Below the pieces are notes generated by a model. It was not told the DNA's origin. It did no database searches and was given only the letters and a program-made list of their open reading frames with translations. Position numbers and translations under genes: made by a program. This document shows, one piece after another, positions 7,596 to 9,225 of a stretch of DNA of 9,225 nucleotides. Source of the DNA: Oikopleura dioica. Its lineage: Eukaryota; Animalia; Chordata. Position 1 is the stretch's first letter; each line of letters starts with the position of its first letter. The DNA is taken from NCBI GenBank assembly GCA_907165135.1, contig OU015571.1, positions 1-9,225 of the forward strand, read 5' to 3'.

Positions 7596-8463
7596 ATAAT
7601 TTTTTTTTGGATTAAGATTCAGAGCTTTTGTATTTTTAGTAGAAAAATTGAAGTCTACATGTTTATTGAAGTTTTATCTATTAGACTGATCTTTCTTTAT
7701 TGAACTTCTTCTACTAAAGAAGCCATATCTAGATTTACCTATTTAATATCTTTTGGAATTATTATAAGATCAGCTTTCGTTCTAGATATAATCTGGTTTT
7801 ACAGAAATATTAATATATATTTATTTATAACTATTATGTCTATTAGAGTGGTAATATTCTTATCAAAACTCCCTATTTTTATCTGCACTATTGGCTAACA
7901 AAAGCGCACGTGGAAATTGTGACCATTAGATCAGCCATTCTTAGATCCTTAATATTAAAAATAAGGTTTTCTAGCTTCTCTTTTTTTAATAGAGGAACTA
8001 ATAATGGCTTTAGCTGTATGCCTTCTTCCTTGTTTTTGTATGATAAGAACTATCGATTTTAAAATTTGAGTTGCCTACTCCTCAATTTTACATATAACTG
8101 TTTACAGAATGAGAGCAATAATCTTCCACATTTTTATTTCTGACCTTTATCTAATTCCTCACACCCTAATGTCTAGAATAATGTTCTTCTTTCTAAGATC
8201 AGTTTATTCAGTTATAAGAACTCGAATTTTAAACTATATTTTCTATAGACCCATAAGATCTTTAGTACTATTTTGAGTTAGATTGCCTATTTTATCTTTG
8301 TTTTTAGTAGAAATATCTTATTTTCTGATATTTTTTTACTTCTTTTTCTATGACAATTTTTTTGGTTCGTTAATTTCATAATTTTCTTGAAATTAGATTA
8401 AGCTTTCTATCAAAATCTGTCTATAGAACAACTAAAAAGTTTTTAAGTCTAATTACATATTAG
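7596..8463 (+). CDS. nad4: NADH dehydrogenase subunit 4, N-terminally truncated (~270-290 aa)
   Basis: KLPIFYLHYWLTKAHVE, IDFKIWVAYSSILHM, PHTLMSGMMF, GLPILSLFLVE. Needs T5->T6 at 7876-7880 and T7->T6 at 7981-7987; T7->T6 at 8331-8337 and 8357-8363 extends the ORF. 3' end is TAA 8399-8401, or TAG 8461-8463 with one further +1. Confidence 0.88.
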
Positions 8464-8694
8464 AAATAGTATTCAGAGTGTTAGTATGCTGGACCTTCCT
8501 ATAAAAAATGGGAAGAGAAAGAGCAAAGTAAAACAGAAAGTGGAAATGCTCGAATGATCTATAAAATACAATTAGACCCTAAAAATTTTTGATGGGACAA
8601 AATAGCAAGCTACTAATAAAATCCTGAACAGAATTAAAAATTTTACTTTAGGGACAACATAAATTAATAAATTAAATCAATGTCTTCTTCTTAT
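8453..8694 (-). CDS. Unassigned hydrophobic ORF (~80 aa if one +1 is allowed at ~8578); weak nad3- or nad6-like similarity
   Basis: ATA(8694) MGGGHWFNLLIYVVPKVKFLILFGILLVACYFVPSKIFG, then the adjacent frame GLIVFYGSFEHFHFLFYFALSLPIFYG... The unshifted frame stops at 8572. No diagnostic motif. Confidence 0.3.
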
Positions 8695-8843
8695 TTAAAT
8701 AAATCTAGGCCATTATTTACAACAGTTGTTACCTGTTAATATAAGACATGAGATGGGTTAATTTCGCTGAAAAGTAGAGTATTTTTATTTTAGAAACATT
8801 TTTTGAGCACCTTGAGTGGTGTAAAAACAAAGTTGTCCGTCTA

Positions 8844-8882
8844 TTTTTTCTCTTCTTCTTTTTTTCTTTTCTTTTTTTTTTT
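8844..8882 (+). repeat. C-interrupted poly-T tract preceding the tandem repeat
   Basis: TTTTTTCTCTTCTTCTTTTTTTCTTTTCTTTTTTTTTTT read directly from the sequence. Confidence 0.9.
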
Positions 8883-9225
8883 GATTTTCTGCTATTAAGC
8901 AATCAAAAATTTATAAGGATTTTTCACTTATTTTGAACAAAATTTTTGGCCTAGTAAAGAGGTATCTCATAGTATCTAAAAGAGATAATAAATTTCCTTT
9001 CAATATTTTGAAAATTACGTCAAAATCGCAAAATTTCAGCAATTTTAGGCTCCATTTTATTTTGCCATTTTATAAAATATTGTAAGGTTTAAAGTCTTTT
9101 CTTTTTTCCTGATTTTCTGCTATTAAGCAATCAAAATTTATAAGGATTTTTCACTTATTTTTGAACAAAAATTTTCGGCCTAGTAAAGAGGTATCTCATA
9201 ATATCTAAAAGAGATAATAAATTTC
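8880..9225. repeat. ~228-bp tandem repeat (about 1.5 copies visible), non-coding region
   Basis: TGATTTTCTGCTATTAAGCAATC starts at 8882 and 9110; GGCCTAGTAAAGAGGTATCTC at 8948 and 9177. The second copy is cut by the window end. Confidence 0.93.

Noticed and set aside
8710-8756. D-armless tRNA-Asn(GUU): stem AACAG/CTGTT with loop TT-GTT-AC
   Set aside because: Good anticodon arm, but only a 5-bp acceptor and a weak T-arm; cannot be distinguished from a chance hairpin without a covariance model.
1-9225. Decayed pseudogenes/NUMT as the main explanation for the broken ORFs
   Set aside because: Lesions are almost all homopolymer-length changes, catalytic motifs are intact and no substitution-derived nonsense codons were needed. 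A very recent NUMT cannot be fully excluded.
1-9225. rRNA genes, nad5, nad4L
   Set aside because: No recognisable motifs and no unassigned space large enough; presumably outside the window.

Overview
AT-rich animal mitochondrial DNA read with the ascidian/tunicate code (table 13: AGA/AGG=Gly, ATA=Met, TGA=Trp). This code explains the many 'R' residues at invariant Gly positions in the supplied ORF track. Order: cox2(-, partial), short ORF(-), atp6(+), cob(-), nad2(+), ~1.5 kb array of nested inverted/tandem repeats, cox1(-), nad1(-), trnM(UAU)(-), tRNA-like element, cox3(-), nad4(+), unassigned ORF(-), and the start of a ~228-bp tandem repeat. The code, trnM(UAU), genes on both strands, very divergent proteins and poly-T-interrupted frames point to an appendicularian (larvacean) tunicate (inference). 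Almost every gene is frameshifted at homopolymers. Over-long and C-interrupted T tracts restore conserved motifs when collapsed to exactly six T, as in Oikopleura-type hexa-U editing. Many +1 frameshifts may instead be long-read deletion errors. Other notable points: a control-region-like array with a flipped internal segment, stop codons fused to genomic oligo-A, shortened nad1/nad4/nad2/atp6 and an enlarged cox3. All translations were done by hand, so start codons and exact indel positions are approximate.
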